DNA of 64,000 nucleotides from a virus (Duplodnaviria; Caudoviricetes): positions 1,665 through 65,664 of IMG/VR virus record IMGVR_UViG_3300037852_000136. One strand, given 5' to 3'. Under the pieces are notes generated by a model, which did no database searches, had not been told where the DNA came from, and worked only from the letters and a program-made list of their open reading frames with translations. How positions within the stretch are numbered: position 1 is the first letter of the stretch; each line of letters starts with the position of its first letter. A program made the translations under genes and the position numbers. Shown one piece after another: positions 42,603-52,105 of the stretch.

Positions 42603-44504
42603 ATGGCAGGTTGGTCCGCTCGCAAGCGACAGACGGTCGAGAAGGCGTTTTACGCGTATCTCGCCCAATGCGTCGTCAACTCCAAGGACTTGGGCAAGAT
42701 CAATCTCGGCGAGCACCTGTTTTATGGGCAGCGCTGGGCGATCACTGAAATATTCGACGCGCTCGAAGACGATATCCGTTTCATCTACATCCTCAAGTCC
42801 CGCCAGCTCGGCATCTCCACCCTCATTCGCGTCCTCATCGCTTTCCTACAGGGGGTCTTCCCCGGCCTGAAGGGCGCGATCGTGTTCGACACGGACTCCA
42901 ACAAATCGAAGGCGCACGTCGAGCTTAAGTCGGTCATCGACAATCTTCCTGCGCATCTCAAGTTCCCCAAGGTCATAAAGGACAACCGCGAGGGCATGAT
43001 CCTCGCGAACGAGTCCAGCATCTTGTTCATGTCGGCCGGCGTGCGCGAGAGCAAGAGCAGCGGCACGCTCGGCCGGTCGACCGACTTGACGGTCAGCCAC
43101 TGTTCGGAGCTGTGCTCGTGGTCGAACGCGACTGGCGTAGTGGCGCTGGAGAACGCCTACAGTGAGGTGCACCCTGACCGCCTTTACATCTACGAGTCCA
43201 CGGCGCGCGGCTTCAATTCGTGGCACGTAATGTGGAAAAATGCGCGCTTGGATACAGCGCATTGCAAGTGCATTTTCCTGGGGTGGTGGAGCAAAGACAG
43301 CCAGCGGATCGAGCAGTCGCACCCCGATTTCGCCCTTTATGGAACGCTACCGCCTTCTCCTCGCGAGGCTGAGAAAATCTCGAACGTCAAGGAACTGTAC
43401 GATTTCGACGTTTCGGTTGAGCAGCTTGCTTGGGTTCGTCGGAAGATGGATCCCGCGGCACAAAGTCTAGGTGATGCTGATCCTGAGTTCGATGGCGACA
43501 CGACGAAGATTCAAGAGCAGCCATGGACGGAATCTGAAGCGTTCCAGCAAACGGGCTCCGCCTTCTTCGCGTCCGAGAACCTAACGGATCTAACCAACAA
43601 GTACGTCTCGGACGACTTCCAGACATATATGTACCATTGCGGCGCTGAGTTTGCCGACATGCGGGTTTTCAAGGCCGACAACATGAAGTCGGTGGAACTG
43701 AAAGTTTGGGAGGAACCAGATCATGATGGCGTCTACGTTATCGGAATCGACCCGGCTTATGGCGAAAATGAGAAAAATTGTCGAAGCGCTATACAAGTCC
43801 TTCGATGCTACGCCGATGGAATCGATCAGGTGGCAGAGTATGCGTGGCCTCTTGTCACGACACGCCAGCTCTCTTGGGCAATTGCGTCCCTGCTGGGCTG
43901 GTACGGGGCTGGAAGAGGGCAGGTGCGATATATACTGGAGCTTAACGGTCCAGGCCAAGCCGTCCTCAACTCTCTCAAAGATCTGAAATTCCAGATCGAG
44001 AACGGTTACCAGTTCGAGAAACTCGACGCCAAGGGCTTGCGTGATATTTTTCGTAACGTTTCGCAGTACATCTACAGTCGCGTCGACGCGATTGGGCCAG
44101 GGCACAATGTACATTTCAAAACGGATCTCCAGCGCAAGATCCTAATTATGGAGCGGTTGCGAGATTTCACCTCCAACGGTAATCTTCGGGTTAGGTCGAT
44201 GGAGCTGATCGAGGAGATGGTGTCGATCTCTCGGGACGGCGACAAAATTGCCGGTAGCGACAAGGACGATAGGGTGATAGCCTTGGCGCTGGCGTCGTAC
44301 TATTGGGAGACCAAGATCAGACGCGACCTCATTGTGAGGAAGATGACGCGCGACTCGGAGGCGGCTCGCCGCAGGCTTAGCATCGTGGACCAGGTGACGC
44401 TTTTCAACCAGAACAACCTCGAACAGTTCTTTGCCGGCAAGCGCATGGAACGCATCTCGGCGGCACGCAACGTGAACCGGCAGCGATGGCGTTATGGCAG
44501 GTAG
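42603..44504 (+). CDS. terL: Terminase large subunit
   Basis: ILKSRQLGIST Walker A, HCSE Walker B, YESTARG, GIDPAYG, ILELNGPG, DDRVIALALA. Confidence 0.92.
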   Translation: MAGWSARKRQTVEKAFYAYLAQCVVNSKDLGKINLGEHLFYGQRWAITEIFDALEDDIRFIYILKSRQLGISTLIRVLIAFLQGVFPGLKGAIVFDTDSNKSKAHVELKSVIDNLPAHLKFPKVIKDNREGMILANESSILFMSAGVRESKSSGTLGRSTDLTVSHCSELCSWSNATGVVALENAYSEVHPDRLYIYESTARGFNSWHVMWKNARLDTAHCKCIFLGWWSKDSQRIEQSHPDFALYGTLPPSPREAEKISNVKELYDFDVSVEQLAWVRRKMDPAAQSLGDADPEFDGDTTKIQEQPWTESEAFQQTGSAFFASENLTDLTNKYVSDDFQTYMYHCGAEFADMRVFKADNMKSVELKVWEEPDHDGVYVIGIDPAYGENEKNCRSAIQVLRCYADGIDQVAEYAWPLVTTRQLSWAIASLLGWYGAGRGQVRYILELNGPGQAVLNSLKDLKFQIENGYQFEKLDAKGLRDIFRNVSQYIYSRVDAIGPGHNVHFKTDLQRKILIMERLRDFTSNGNLRVRSMELIEEMVSISRDGDKIAGSDKDDRVIALALASYYWETKIRRDLIVRKMTRDSEAARRRLSIVDQVTLFNQNNLEQFFAGKRMERISAARNVNRQRWRYGR

Positions 44505-44694
44505 ACCCGCCATGAACGTCTATCCACGAGCGACGATTGTTGGCGCGGTTGCCGACTATCTTCTAGGTATGAAGTACAAGGGTATCTGTGCTAAGTGGGG
44601 TATCAGCGGTGGGGTGCTGTCTTACTACCTTCGCAAGGTAAAGTGTTTCAAACGTCGGAGTAGCCGTGGCAAAGTTCTCAGCAAAATGCCCTGA
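44494..44694 (+). CDS. Small HTH-like hypothetical protein
   Basis: DYLLGMKYKGICAKWGISGGVLSYYLRK. Confidence 0.45.
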   Translation: MAGRPAMNVYPRATIVGAVADYLLGMKYKGICAKWGISGGVLSYYLRKVKCFKRRSSRGKVLSKMP

Positions 44695-45211
44695 ATGCGC
44701 CAGCAAGTTCCCGTGGGAGCCCACTAAGGGCTACCCCAAGGCGTGCCCCCTTTGTGGGTTCGACACCTCGATCGACGAGGACGCCACCGCCATCGTGATC
44801 CCGGCGTTCCTCTCCGCCAAGTCAAAGGCCAACGACAAGCTCTACCGGGACATGGAGAAGGGATCGGAGTTCAGGGCGCACGCGGCGGCTGAAGCGGCTG
44901 GTGTGCCGGTATCCGAGATGGCGGGGTTGAAGATCACCGATCTCAATGACCGGCGCGACGCTGAGATTTCAGCCAAGGACACCGAGGCGAGGGCGGCGGC
45001 TGCGCGCCTTGGGATGAAGTCGCTTGATGCACCCTTCCAGCAGAACGGCGCGTCTTATAGTCCGGCCGTCCAAGCAGGACCCTTCGCCAATTCGGGAGCT
45101 AAGTTCCAGACGGTGTTGCGCGAACAGCACGCCAACGCCACCAACTACGCGGGGATCAGCGATCAGCCGGCCGCGGAGGTGATGAACCCCGGCTATAGGC
45201 GCCGCGGATGA
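44666..45211 (+). CDS. Zinc-ribbon protein of head module
   Basis: CPEC..CPLC; lies between terL and portal. Confidence 0.65.
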   Translation: MAKFSAKCPECASKFPWEPTKGYPKACPLCGFDTSIDEDATAIVIPAFLSAKSKANDKLYRDMEKGSEFRAHAAAEAAGVPVSEMAGLKITDLNDRRDAEISAKDTEARAAAARLGMKSLDAPFQQNGASYSPAVQAGPFANSGAKFQTVLREQHANATNYAGISDQPAAEVMNPGYRRRG

Positions 45212-46914
45212 TCCCTGTCCCCACGAACAAGAATGAGATCGTCGACCTCGCCAAGGAGCTGATCGAGCAGTGCCGGGTGAGCGCGGGGCCGCGGTCCAAC
45301 TATTACCGGCTGATGAGCATCCTGGCGGAGACAGGACGTTATGACGGGCAGAAGTCCCTTATCAACCTCCTCTATAAAATACTTGATCGTACTGCAGCTC
45401 ATCTGTTCAGCCCTGTGGAGCTTCGCTTCGCGATCGACTTCGAGAAGCCGGTGCCGGCGCACTTCCTTGAGAAGGCCAAGGTGGTGGCGGGGCACTTGAC
45501 GAGGAGCTGGGAGCTATCGAGTACCGATACGACCTTCGGGCGCGGCGTGTTCGACTCCCTCAAATACGGTGTTGCGATCCTCAAGCAGTGGCCGGAGACC
45601 AGCGGCCCTCCGAAGGAGGAGCATACCAGCTACGAGCGCAAGCTGGTGATGCCGTGGAATTTCGGGGTGTACCGCGAGGATGAGAACGATCTCAGCAAAC
45701 AGGAGGTGCTGTGCGAAACGTCTACTTTAACGATGCCGGAAATCTGGCGGCGTATTTGGCATCTGGACGACAAGAAGAAGCTCTACGACCGGATCAAGAC
45801 GCATTCCCGCAAGGGCGCGGTAGTGTCCGATCCTGCCAGCATGTTCCATCAAGTGCTCTCCACCTCGCAGCTTCAGACTGGTGTGAACACCAACACCTTG
45901 CCGGGCGGTATCGTTCAGATCGGTAACGATCCCAACTACGCTGTCATGGGTCCGGTGATCGGCGCCGAGACGGTGGAGTTTCACGAGCTGTGGGTGAAGG
46001 ATGAGGAGGACTACACCACCATCCAGATTGTCGAGCCTGACATTCTAATCGCCCCCATTCACAAGAAGGCGAACCTGCTGGGCGTGCCCAAGAAGCAGCC
46101 GTACCGGAAGATCCAGCCGAACGAGGTGACGAACTGGTTCTGGGGTCGTAGCGAGCTGATCGACTTGATCGAATCGCAAGGCTTCTTGTCCGGGATATGC
46201 GACGACCTCAAGCGCATGTTTGGGCTGCAGATCGATAAGATACTGGCGTTTTCAGGCGACACCACGATCCAGGATGAACAATACGCGCAGTTCCGCCAGG
46301 CCGGCTACGTGAACCTTGGTCAGTCCGGCAAGGTGGAGGACTTGACGCCTGCGATTCCCCCGGAGGCGCTGCAGCTGGTAGAGTTCCTGATCAATCAGAT
46401 CAACGAGATGGCGGGCTTCCCGAAGATCATGCAGGGGCAGGGCGAGTCCGGGGTGCGGGCCGGCAACCACGCCAACCTCATCCAGAAGATGGCCTCACCG
46501 ACGCTGCGCGACCGCGCCCTACTGGTGGAGCGGCAGTGTGCGGAGTGCGCCGACCTCGATCTCAGCATCAAGGAAGCCAAGGATCCGCACAAATACTGGA
46601 CCAAGGCCGACGATGCCGTGAAGGACGTAGACGAGACTTCGTTCCTGCTGACTGATCTCCCCGATGACTGGCGCGTGACGGTTGACTCTCACAGCTCCAG
46701 TCCGATCTTCTCGGACGAGAACACGCAGCTCGTGATGGCGGCGCACAAGACCGGCATCGTGCAGACCGAGTACGTGATCGACAACGTGGCGCTGCCCAAC
46801 AAGGCGGAAGCGAAGGCGCAGAACCGCAAGCATGAGGCCGAGCAGGCCAAGCTGTTCAAGGAGCACCCCGAGCTGCTTGTGGAGTCGTTCAAGCATGGGG
46901 GAGGGAAGCGTTAG
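45208..46914 (+). CDS. Portal protein
   Basis: 568 aa after terL; FWGRSELIDL, INEMAGFPKIMQGQ portal-like motifs. Confidence 0.82.
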   Translation: MIPVPTNKNEIVDLAKELIEQCRVSAGPRSNYYRLMSILAETGRYDGQKSLINLLYKILDRTAAHLFSPVELRFAIDFEKPVPAHFLEKAKVVAGHLTRSWELSSTDTTFGRGVFDSLKYGVAILKQWPETSGPPKEEHTSYERKLVMPWNFGVYREDENDLSKQEVLCETSTLTMPEIWRRIWHLDDKKKLYDRIKTHSRKGAVVSDPASMFHQVLSTSQLQTGVNTNTLPGGIVQIGNDPNYAVMGPVIGAETVEFHELWVKDEEDYTTIQIVEPDILIAPIHKKANLLGVPKKQPYRKIQPNEVTNWFWGRSELIDLIESQGFLSGICDDLKRMFGLQIDKILAFSGDTTIQDEQYAQFRQAGYVNLGQSGKVEDLTPAIPPEALQLVEFLINQINEMAGFPKIMQGQGESGVRAGNHANLIQKMASPTLRDRALLVERQCAECADLDLSIKEAKDPHKYWTKADDAVKDVDETSFLLTDLPDDWRVTVDSHSSSPIFSDENTQLVMAAHKTGIVQTEYVIDNVALPNKAEAKAQNRKHEAEQAKLFKEHPELLVESFKHGGGKR

Positions 46915-46933
46915 CCCCGCGTCAGCGGGGCTA
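46912..46933. repeat. GC hairpin TAGCCCCGC-GTCA-GCGGGGCTA between convergent genes (member of a dispersed family)
   Basis: Perfect 9-bp stem whose ends are the two stop codons; near-identical copies at 22287 and 57451. Confidence 0.8.
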
Positions 46934-47272
46934 GCTCATTCTCCCATTGTTGTTCGGCACGAACACGCTTGGTCCTTGTCCTCCTTGTCGCAAGGCGGGT
47001 TCTGTTCGGGCGATGGTTTGCGCCACCGCTTGCGTGCGCGCGTTGTGCAACATCATCTCGGCGCCTGCTTGTTTGGACTGATCGAGGTCTTCGAGCATCC
47101 AGCCGAGAATTCGTTCTGATAGCAGCGAGCACTGCTGTCCGAAGTCGTCGACGATATTGACGCTAGGAATTGCGATGAGCCCAACACAGGCGTTTTGGGC
47201 AGCGTGTTCTGTCTTGAACAGCAGCCGCCACATCGCGGGTGTCTCTCCGAAGGCGATTGTCAAGCTATACAT
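46931..47272 (-). CDS. Hypothetical protein (antisense to head operon)
   Basis: MYSLTIAFG start after AAGGGA; overlaps the HTH gene. Confidence 0.65.
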   Translation of the reverse strand: MYSLTIAFGETPAMWRLLFKTEHAAQNACVGLIAIPSVNIVDDFGQQCSLLSERILGWMLEDLDQSKQAGAEMMLHNARTQAVAQTIARTEPALRQGGQGPSVFVPNNNGRMS

Positions 47273-47531
47273 TTTGAAACTTCCCTTGGTTGGAAGCGGC
47301 CCACTGGATGACGGCTTCGCGGCTGAACCGGATGACGCTCTTGCTGAGATGGATCGAGGGGAGGGGTTTCTTCTTGCGCGCGGCGTATTCCATGATGACT
47401 TTGCGCGAGACACGAAGCAGGTAGGCGACCTCGTGGGAAGTGAGAAATTCAATGTCGGCCGGCGGTTGGCGCGGGCTGTTGTACTTGAGGTAAAGCTCGC
47501 GTGAATTTTTATTGCGCTGTGCTGCCGGCAT
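47265..47531 (-). CDS. Excisionase/AlpA-like HTH (HTH_17) regulator
   Basis: FLTSHEVAYLLRVSRKVIMEYA..LPSIHL..IRFSREAVIQW. Confidence 0.8.
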   Translation of the reverse strand: MPAAQRNKNSRELYLKYNSPRQPPADIEFLTSHEVAYLLRVSRKVIMEYAARKKKPLPSIHLSKSVIRFSREAVIQWAASNQGKFQNV

Positions 47532-47651
47532 GAAGACTCCGCAAAACGGATAAAAAAGCACTTAAGCGCACAATTACCAGTGATTGTTTTGGGCGTCAAT
47601 AGAGCCGACCCTGACGCACCCGCAATTCTGCGTGGCAAATGGAGGCTCTCC

Positions 47652-47696
47652 ATGATCGTTCGTAACCGCAAGGGCCGCCGGCACGGTCGCAAGTAA
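47652..47696 (+). CDS. 14-aa Arg/Lys-rich micropeptide MIVRNRKGRRHGRK
   Basis: GGAGG SD 6 nt upstream; stop 2 nt before the next ATG. Confidence 0.6.
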   Translation: MIVRNRKGRRHGRK

Positions 47697-47698
47697 TC

Positions 47699-48115
47699 AT
47701 GCCGGATGCGATCCCAGCTTCTGCTCCTGGCGCCCCCCCGTCCCTCCCGACAGCGCCAGGACAGCCTCCCGCCAAGCAGGCGCCGTTCGGTTCGTCTCCG
47801 GCAACGGGGCCGACACCGAACCGCGGCTATGAGGCGGCGGCTGCGCAGAAGTTGGGACTCGTCCTCAAGCAGCTTGGCGAGATGATCCCGCTGGCCGGAG
47901 CCACCTCCGAGATGGGCATGGCCATCATGGACATGATCAAGAAGGGCTCGAAGTTCGTGCCGCAAGGTTCGGTCACGCCGGCCGCCGAGAAGAACCAGAT
48001 CGACAACATGGCGATGAAGAACACGCAGAACAATCAGCAGATGCAGGCCATCATGGCGCAGCGGGCGCAACCCGCCGCAGGCGGGCAAGCGCCGGGACAG
48101 GAAGCTGCCGCATGA
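47699..48115 (+). CDS. Pro/Gln/Ala-rich head-module protein
   Basis: Operon position; low complexity. Confidence 0.7.
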   Translation: MPDAIPASAPGAPPSLPTAPGQPPAKQAPFGSSPATGPTPNRGYEAAAAQKLGLVLKQLGEMIPLAGATSEMGMAIMDMIKKGSKFVPQGSVTPAAEKNQIDNMAMKNTQNNQQMQAIMAQRAQPAAGGQAPGQEAAA

Positions 48116-48300
48116 GCCGCGAGACCATCTTCGAGAACAAGACCACGATGGCGGATGCTCTCGCCGAGCATCCCTGCCGCACCGATCAGACTTCCGATGA
48201 AGCTCGCGCGTATCGCAAGACGCCGCCGCCGGGAGAACGCAAGAATCCCATGATGGAAACCCGCTCGGTCGATCGGCCGCGGCGCGGGCACGGGTACTAG
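48112..48300 (+). CDS. Hypothetical protein
   Basis: ATGA overlap. Confidence 0.55.
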   Translation: MSRETIFENKTTMADALAEHPCRTDQTSDEARAYRKTPPPGERKNPMMETRSVDRPRRGHGY

Positions 48301-48330
48301 CCCCGCCTTTGGCGGGTAAAGGAGCACACC

Positions 48331-48519
48331 ATGAGCAACGTAAACATCTTCCAGAACTCCGCCAAGTCGATCCCGACCAGCGATGAGCAGATCGTGCGCG
48401 TCAACATGGAGGAGATCGAAATCGGCGGTCGTAAGTCGCATCTGCCCGCGCAGGCGAAGTCGGGCGTCCTCGGCGTGTCGCACGTCGCGAACGCCGGCAC
48501 CAACACGGGCGGGAAGTAA
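48331..48519 (+). CDS. Hypothetical head-module protein
   Basis: AAGGAG SD. Confidence 0.65.
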   Translation: MSNVNIFQNSAKSIPTSDEQIVRVNMEEIEIGGRKSHLPAQAKSGVLGVSHVANAGTNTGGK

Positions 48520-48522
48520 GTC

Positions 48523-49113
48523 ATGCCGAAGGTCGAAGTCGACGAAGCCGAGATCCTCGAAGCCCGTCGCCTGAAGGGCGTGCTCGCCGCCATCACGGCC
48601 GACCCCAAGCGCAAGGCGCGGCTGGAGCTGCTTCACAAGGAAGTGGATCCGAACGTTCCCACCCCGACCAACGATATGCTCAAGCCGGTCGACGACGCGG
48701 TGGCGGGCGTGTCGAAGCAGATCGCCGACCTTCAGAAGCAACTCGCCGACGAGAAGGCGGAGAGCGAGAAGCAGCGCAACCTCGCGCAGCTCACGCAGCG
48801 CGTCGACTCCGGCCTCGCTTCGTTGAAGCAAGCCGGCTGGATGGACGAAGGGATCGCCAAGGTGAAGGCGATCATGGAGGAGAAGGGTCTGCTCGACGTG
48901 GAGGACGCGGTGGCGATCTTCGAGCGCCGCAACCCGCCTACGACGCCGATCGCGCCGGGAGGGTCCGGCGCGTGGAATTTCATGGATGACGCGAGCGGCG
49001 ACGCCGATGCGGACATCAAGAAGATGATCGAGACCAAGGGCAACAGCGAGGCGCTGTTGAACTCTATGGTCAACAAGACTTTACAGGAAGTCAGAGGGAC
49101 TCAGCGACGCTGA
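48523..49113 (+). CDS. Capsid scaffolding protein (putative)
   Basis: Charged coiled coil directly upstream of the capsid gene. Confidence 0.65.
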   Translation: MPKVEVDEAEILEARRLKGVLAAITADPKRKARLELLHKEVDPNVPTPTNDMLKPVDDAVAGVSKQIADLQKQLADEKAESEKQRNLAQLTQRVDSGLASLKQAGWMDEGIAKVKAIMEEKGLLDVEDAVAIFERRNPPTTPIAPGGSGAWNFMDDASGDADADIKKMIETKGNSEALLNSMVNKTLQEVRGTQRR

Positions 49114-49138
49114 GTAGCTCTTGCGCAGGAGTTAGGTA

Positions 49139-50191
49139 ATGCCCCTTCCCGGTATAGGCGTGGCTCCGGCCGCAGGTTCACTGTACAACGAGTTGGCCGC
49201 GACCACGCGCCGCTGTTTCGTGCCGCGTCTCTTCGTCCAGATTTATTTCGGAAGCCCCACGCTTTTCTACATGACGGGCAACGCGCAACGCGCGGCCGGC
49301 GGCCTGAACCAAGTGACCATTCCTTTGCAAGGACAAAGCATGGTCCAGGGGTCTTTTACTGGCTACGGCGGCGGGTTCAACTCTCCCGTCATCACTCCCG
49401 GGATTCAAAACGGCCAGTGGAACCTCGCCTACTGGGTGGTTCCGGTTCCGCTCCCGTTCGGCGAGACCGTGCTGCAGGCTACGGATCGGGAAATCTCGAT
49501 CCTCAAGGCCCGCATGAACGACGTGCACGCGGTGACGCGCCAGAATATGGCGCGTCTGTCGTTCACCAACAACTCCGCGAATCCGCTGCTGCCCGACAGC
49601 TTCCAAGGCGCCTTCGACAACGGCACGAACTTCCCGACCTACGGCGGCATCAACCGCCTTGCGCCCGGCAACTCGGCCTTCCAGGGCCAGTACATCAACG
49701 CGAACACGATCACGACGGGCGCCACGACCTCGCCCGCGACGGTCGGCTTCACGCGCTCCAGCATGGCGACCGTGCTGGCGCAGATCACGGACGCGGCCGG
49801 CGGCGAGGCTCCCACCTTCGGAGTCATGGCGCCTGGCGATCTCGCGACCCTGAACAGCAACTTCATCGGGAACGAGCAGCAGTTCGTCAATCCGGGCGGC
49901 GGCTACTCAATGGATACCGCGGTGCGGTCTTCGTTCCCGAATATCAATGTTTCCGGCATTCCGATTTTCGCCGACCACTTCTGCCCGAAGGGCAGCGCCT
50001 TCTTTCCGAACGTCAAGTACACGGCGATGTATTTGTCGGAGGATGCCGCGTTCGATTTCAGCGGCTTCTACTCACTGGTGCCCTTGGGGCAGATCGGGCA
50101 GCAGGGCGTGGTCGTGGTCGGATACGATATCGTGTCGGCCAAGTCGAGTTCAGGCGCCTGGATTTACAATATCGGCGCAGCACAGTTCTGA
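49139..50191 (+). CDS. Major capsid protein
   Basis: 350 aa after scaffold; ELAATTRR..QIYFGSP, YGGINR, NVSGIPIFADHFCP pattern. Confidence 0.8.
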   Translation: MPLPGIGVAPAAGSLYNELAATTRRCFVPRLFVQIYFGSPTLFYMTGNAQRAAGGLNQVTIPLQGQSMVQGSFTGYGGGFNSPVITPGIQNGQWNLAYWVVPVPLPFGETVLQATDREISILKARMNDVHAVTRQNMARLSFTNNSANPLLPDSFQGAFDNGTNFPTYGGINRLAPGNSAFQGQYINANTITTGATTSPATVGFTRSSMATVLAQITDAAGGEAPTFGVMAPGDLATLNSNFIGNEQQFVNPGGGYSMDTAVRSSFPNINVSGIPIFADHFCPKGSAFFPNVKYTAMYLSEDAAFDFSGFYSLVPLGQIGQQGVVVVGYDIVSAKSSSGAWIYNIGAAQF

Positions 50192-50203
50192 GGAGCACGC
50201 ACA

Positions 50204-51406
50204 ATGCCGTCTTTTCTTTCCGGCCCCGGTCTTGGCCTAGCTCTGCCTCAGAACCTTTACCCGACTGAGCTGCAGAACGCGCCCTACGACTTCTCGAACT
50301 CGCGCGTCACGCTCGCGCCGGGGGCCTGCATTCAGTTTCCGGCCGGCGACTGGTACTACAGTCTCGGGATGTATCTCGTTCTCCAGTACCTTGATCCGGT
50401 CACCGGCGTATGGGTGACCGGCGCCTCGGGCGGCTGGGAATCGGGCGTAGGGCACGTCTCGTCGGACGGCTTCAATGTCCGCATCGCCAATCTGACCGGC
50501 TGCGTGGTTGCGGCCAGCATCACGGCTGCCGGCTCGGGCTATGCTCAGGCTACGACGACCATCACCGTGACCTCGGCGGCCCTGCAGGGCAATGCGGCGC
50601 CGACTATCCTGCCGATTATCGGCGGCGCACTCGTGGCTTCCGGCGGCACGCTCGCCGCCAACGGCGCCGGCTACGGCGTTGCTCCGATCGCGTTCATCCC
50701 GGCCCCGCCGCCGGCCGCCAATAACCCCAACGGGGTCGGCGGCATTCCGGCCAGCGGTTATCCGGTCTTGTCGAGTGGCACGCTGACGGGCTTCACGTTC
50801 ACCAATCAGGGTGCGGGCTACCCTTCGGCGCCCCCGATCGTGCTCTTGCCGAGCCCTTTCGACCCGAACCTGCTGGCTGGATCCAGCATCACGCTCGCGT
50901 CCCTTGTGGTTACCTTGACGGCCTCGGGCTCGCTAACGGGCGCGCTGGTGACCAACAACGGGGCACCGCTCGCCAACGGCTCGCTCGCCAACATCACCTT
51001 GACGGTGGGGGGCGCCGGTTCGGCGGCTTCGTTGACTGCGGTCGTGATGCAGACGGTGGCGGCTGCCTCCGTGGTGGCGGGCGGCACAGGGTATAGTTCG
51101 CTGGTGCCGGCTGCGATCACGTCGGTGGGCGGTGTGCCGCCCGCGGGCGCCATCACGGCCAGCCCGGATGCCAACCAACTAGCATGGAAGCCGCGGCCGT
51201 TGCAGGCGTCGATCGGCAACGCCAACGGCACCACCACCCTGGCGGTCGGACAGCTCGCCACCATCTACGACGGCGGGTTGTTCGAAGGTGCGCCGGTTTT
51301 GATCCTGGGCGCCCCGCAGGGCGTTGCGGCCCCCACCACGCTCGCTTCTCTCGCCCTCGTGATGGGCAGCCGTCCCGATGTCGCGATTCTTCAGCCAGCC
51401 CCCTGA
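50204..51406 (+). CDS. Virion structural protein with (I/F)TxxGxGY repeats
   Basis: Ala/Gly/Thr-rich; ITAAGSGY, ANGAGY, FTNQGAGY, VAGGTGY. Confidence 0.7.
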   Translation: MPSFLSGPGLGLALPQNLYPTELQNAPYDFSNSRVTLAPGACIQFPAGDWYYSLGMYLVLQYLDPVTGVWVTGASGGWESGVGHVSSDGFNVRIANLTGCVVAASITAAGSGYAQATTTITVTSAALQGNAAPTILPIIGGALVASGGTLAANGAGYGVAPIAFIPAPPPAANNPNGVGGIPASGYPVLSSGTLTGFTFTNQGAGYPSAPPIVLLPSPFDPNLLAGSSITLASLVVTLTASGSLTGALVTNNGAPLANGSLANITLTVGGAGSAASLTAVVMQTVAAASVVAGGTGYSSLVPAAITSVGGVPPAGAITASPDANQLAWKPRPLQASIGNANGTTTLAVGQLATIYDGGLFEGAPVLILGAPQGVAAPTTLASLALVMGSRPDVAILQPAP

Positions 51407-51427
51407 CGCGGGCAAGGAAAGGCAGTC

Positions 51428-51859
51428 ATGAGCACTTTGATCAAGGTCACCGGCAAGGATAGCGGGCAGACGATCCTCGTCAACACCGATGAGGTGCAGA
51501 CGATTGAGAAGGTGCCGGCGACGCTTGCCAAGCCCGCCAATCCCGGCAGTCCTGCCATTGCGGCGATCCCGTCCGTCCCCGGCCGCCCGTCCCGCCCCGC
51601 GGTTGAGGGTCGGCCGGCGATGCCCGAGATCAAGGATGCGACCGGCAAGGTGATCGCCCCGGCCATCCCCGAGGTGAAGCCGCTGCCGGCCATCCCCGAG
51701 GTGCCTGACAGTCCGGCCTACCCGGCGCATGATGAGGTGCCGCCTACGCCCGCTATCGCGGCGCAGCCCGAGAGCGCGATCATCAAGTTCGTCAACGGCT
51801 CCATGCTGGCGGTGAAAGAGACGCAGGACCAGCTGATCGCCATGAAGCCGGCGGTGTGA
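51428..51859 (+). CDS. FlbD-like fold protein with long Pro-rich insertion
   Basis: LIKVT..ILVNTDEVQTIEKVP and SAIIKFVNG..LAVKETQDQL flank PAIP repeats. Confidence 0.55.
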   Translation: MSTLIKVTGKDSGQTILVNTDEVQTIEKVPATLAKPANPGSPAIAAIPSVPGRPSRPAVEGRPAMPEIKDATGKVIAPAIPEVKPLPAIPEVPDSPAYPAHDEVPPTPAIAAQPESAIIKFVNGSMLAVKETQDQLIAMKPAV

Positions 51860-51860
51860 C

Positions 51861-52094
51861 GTGGCGGCGACGTATAGCCAGACGACCTCGGGCTTGAACT
51901 CGACGTTGTTCGAGGTGGATGAACTGTACGTTCTCAATGATGCGCAGGCGCAGCAGGGCAACATACAGGCTGCGATGCAGACCGGTTTGGCGTTCCTGGT
52001 GCAAGGGCCGGACGGCGCGCAGGGTCTTTATCAGATTGACGCCGAGCGCTCGATACCGGGACAGCCGCCGATCCTGAGGGCACTGTTTCCATAA
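51861..52094 (+). CDS. Hypothetical virion-module protein
   Basis: Operon continuity. Confidence 0.6.
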   Translation: MAATYSQTTSGLNSTLFEVDELYVLNDAQAQQGNIQAAMQTGLAFLVQGPDGAQGLYQIDAERSIPGQPPILRALFP

Positions 52095-52105
52095 GGAGAC
52101 GTGCC

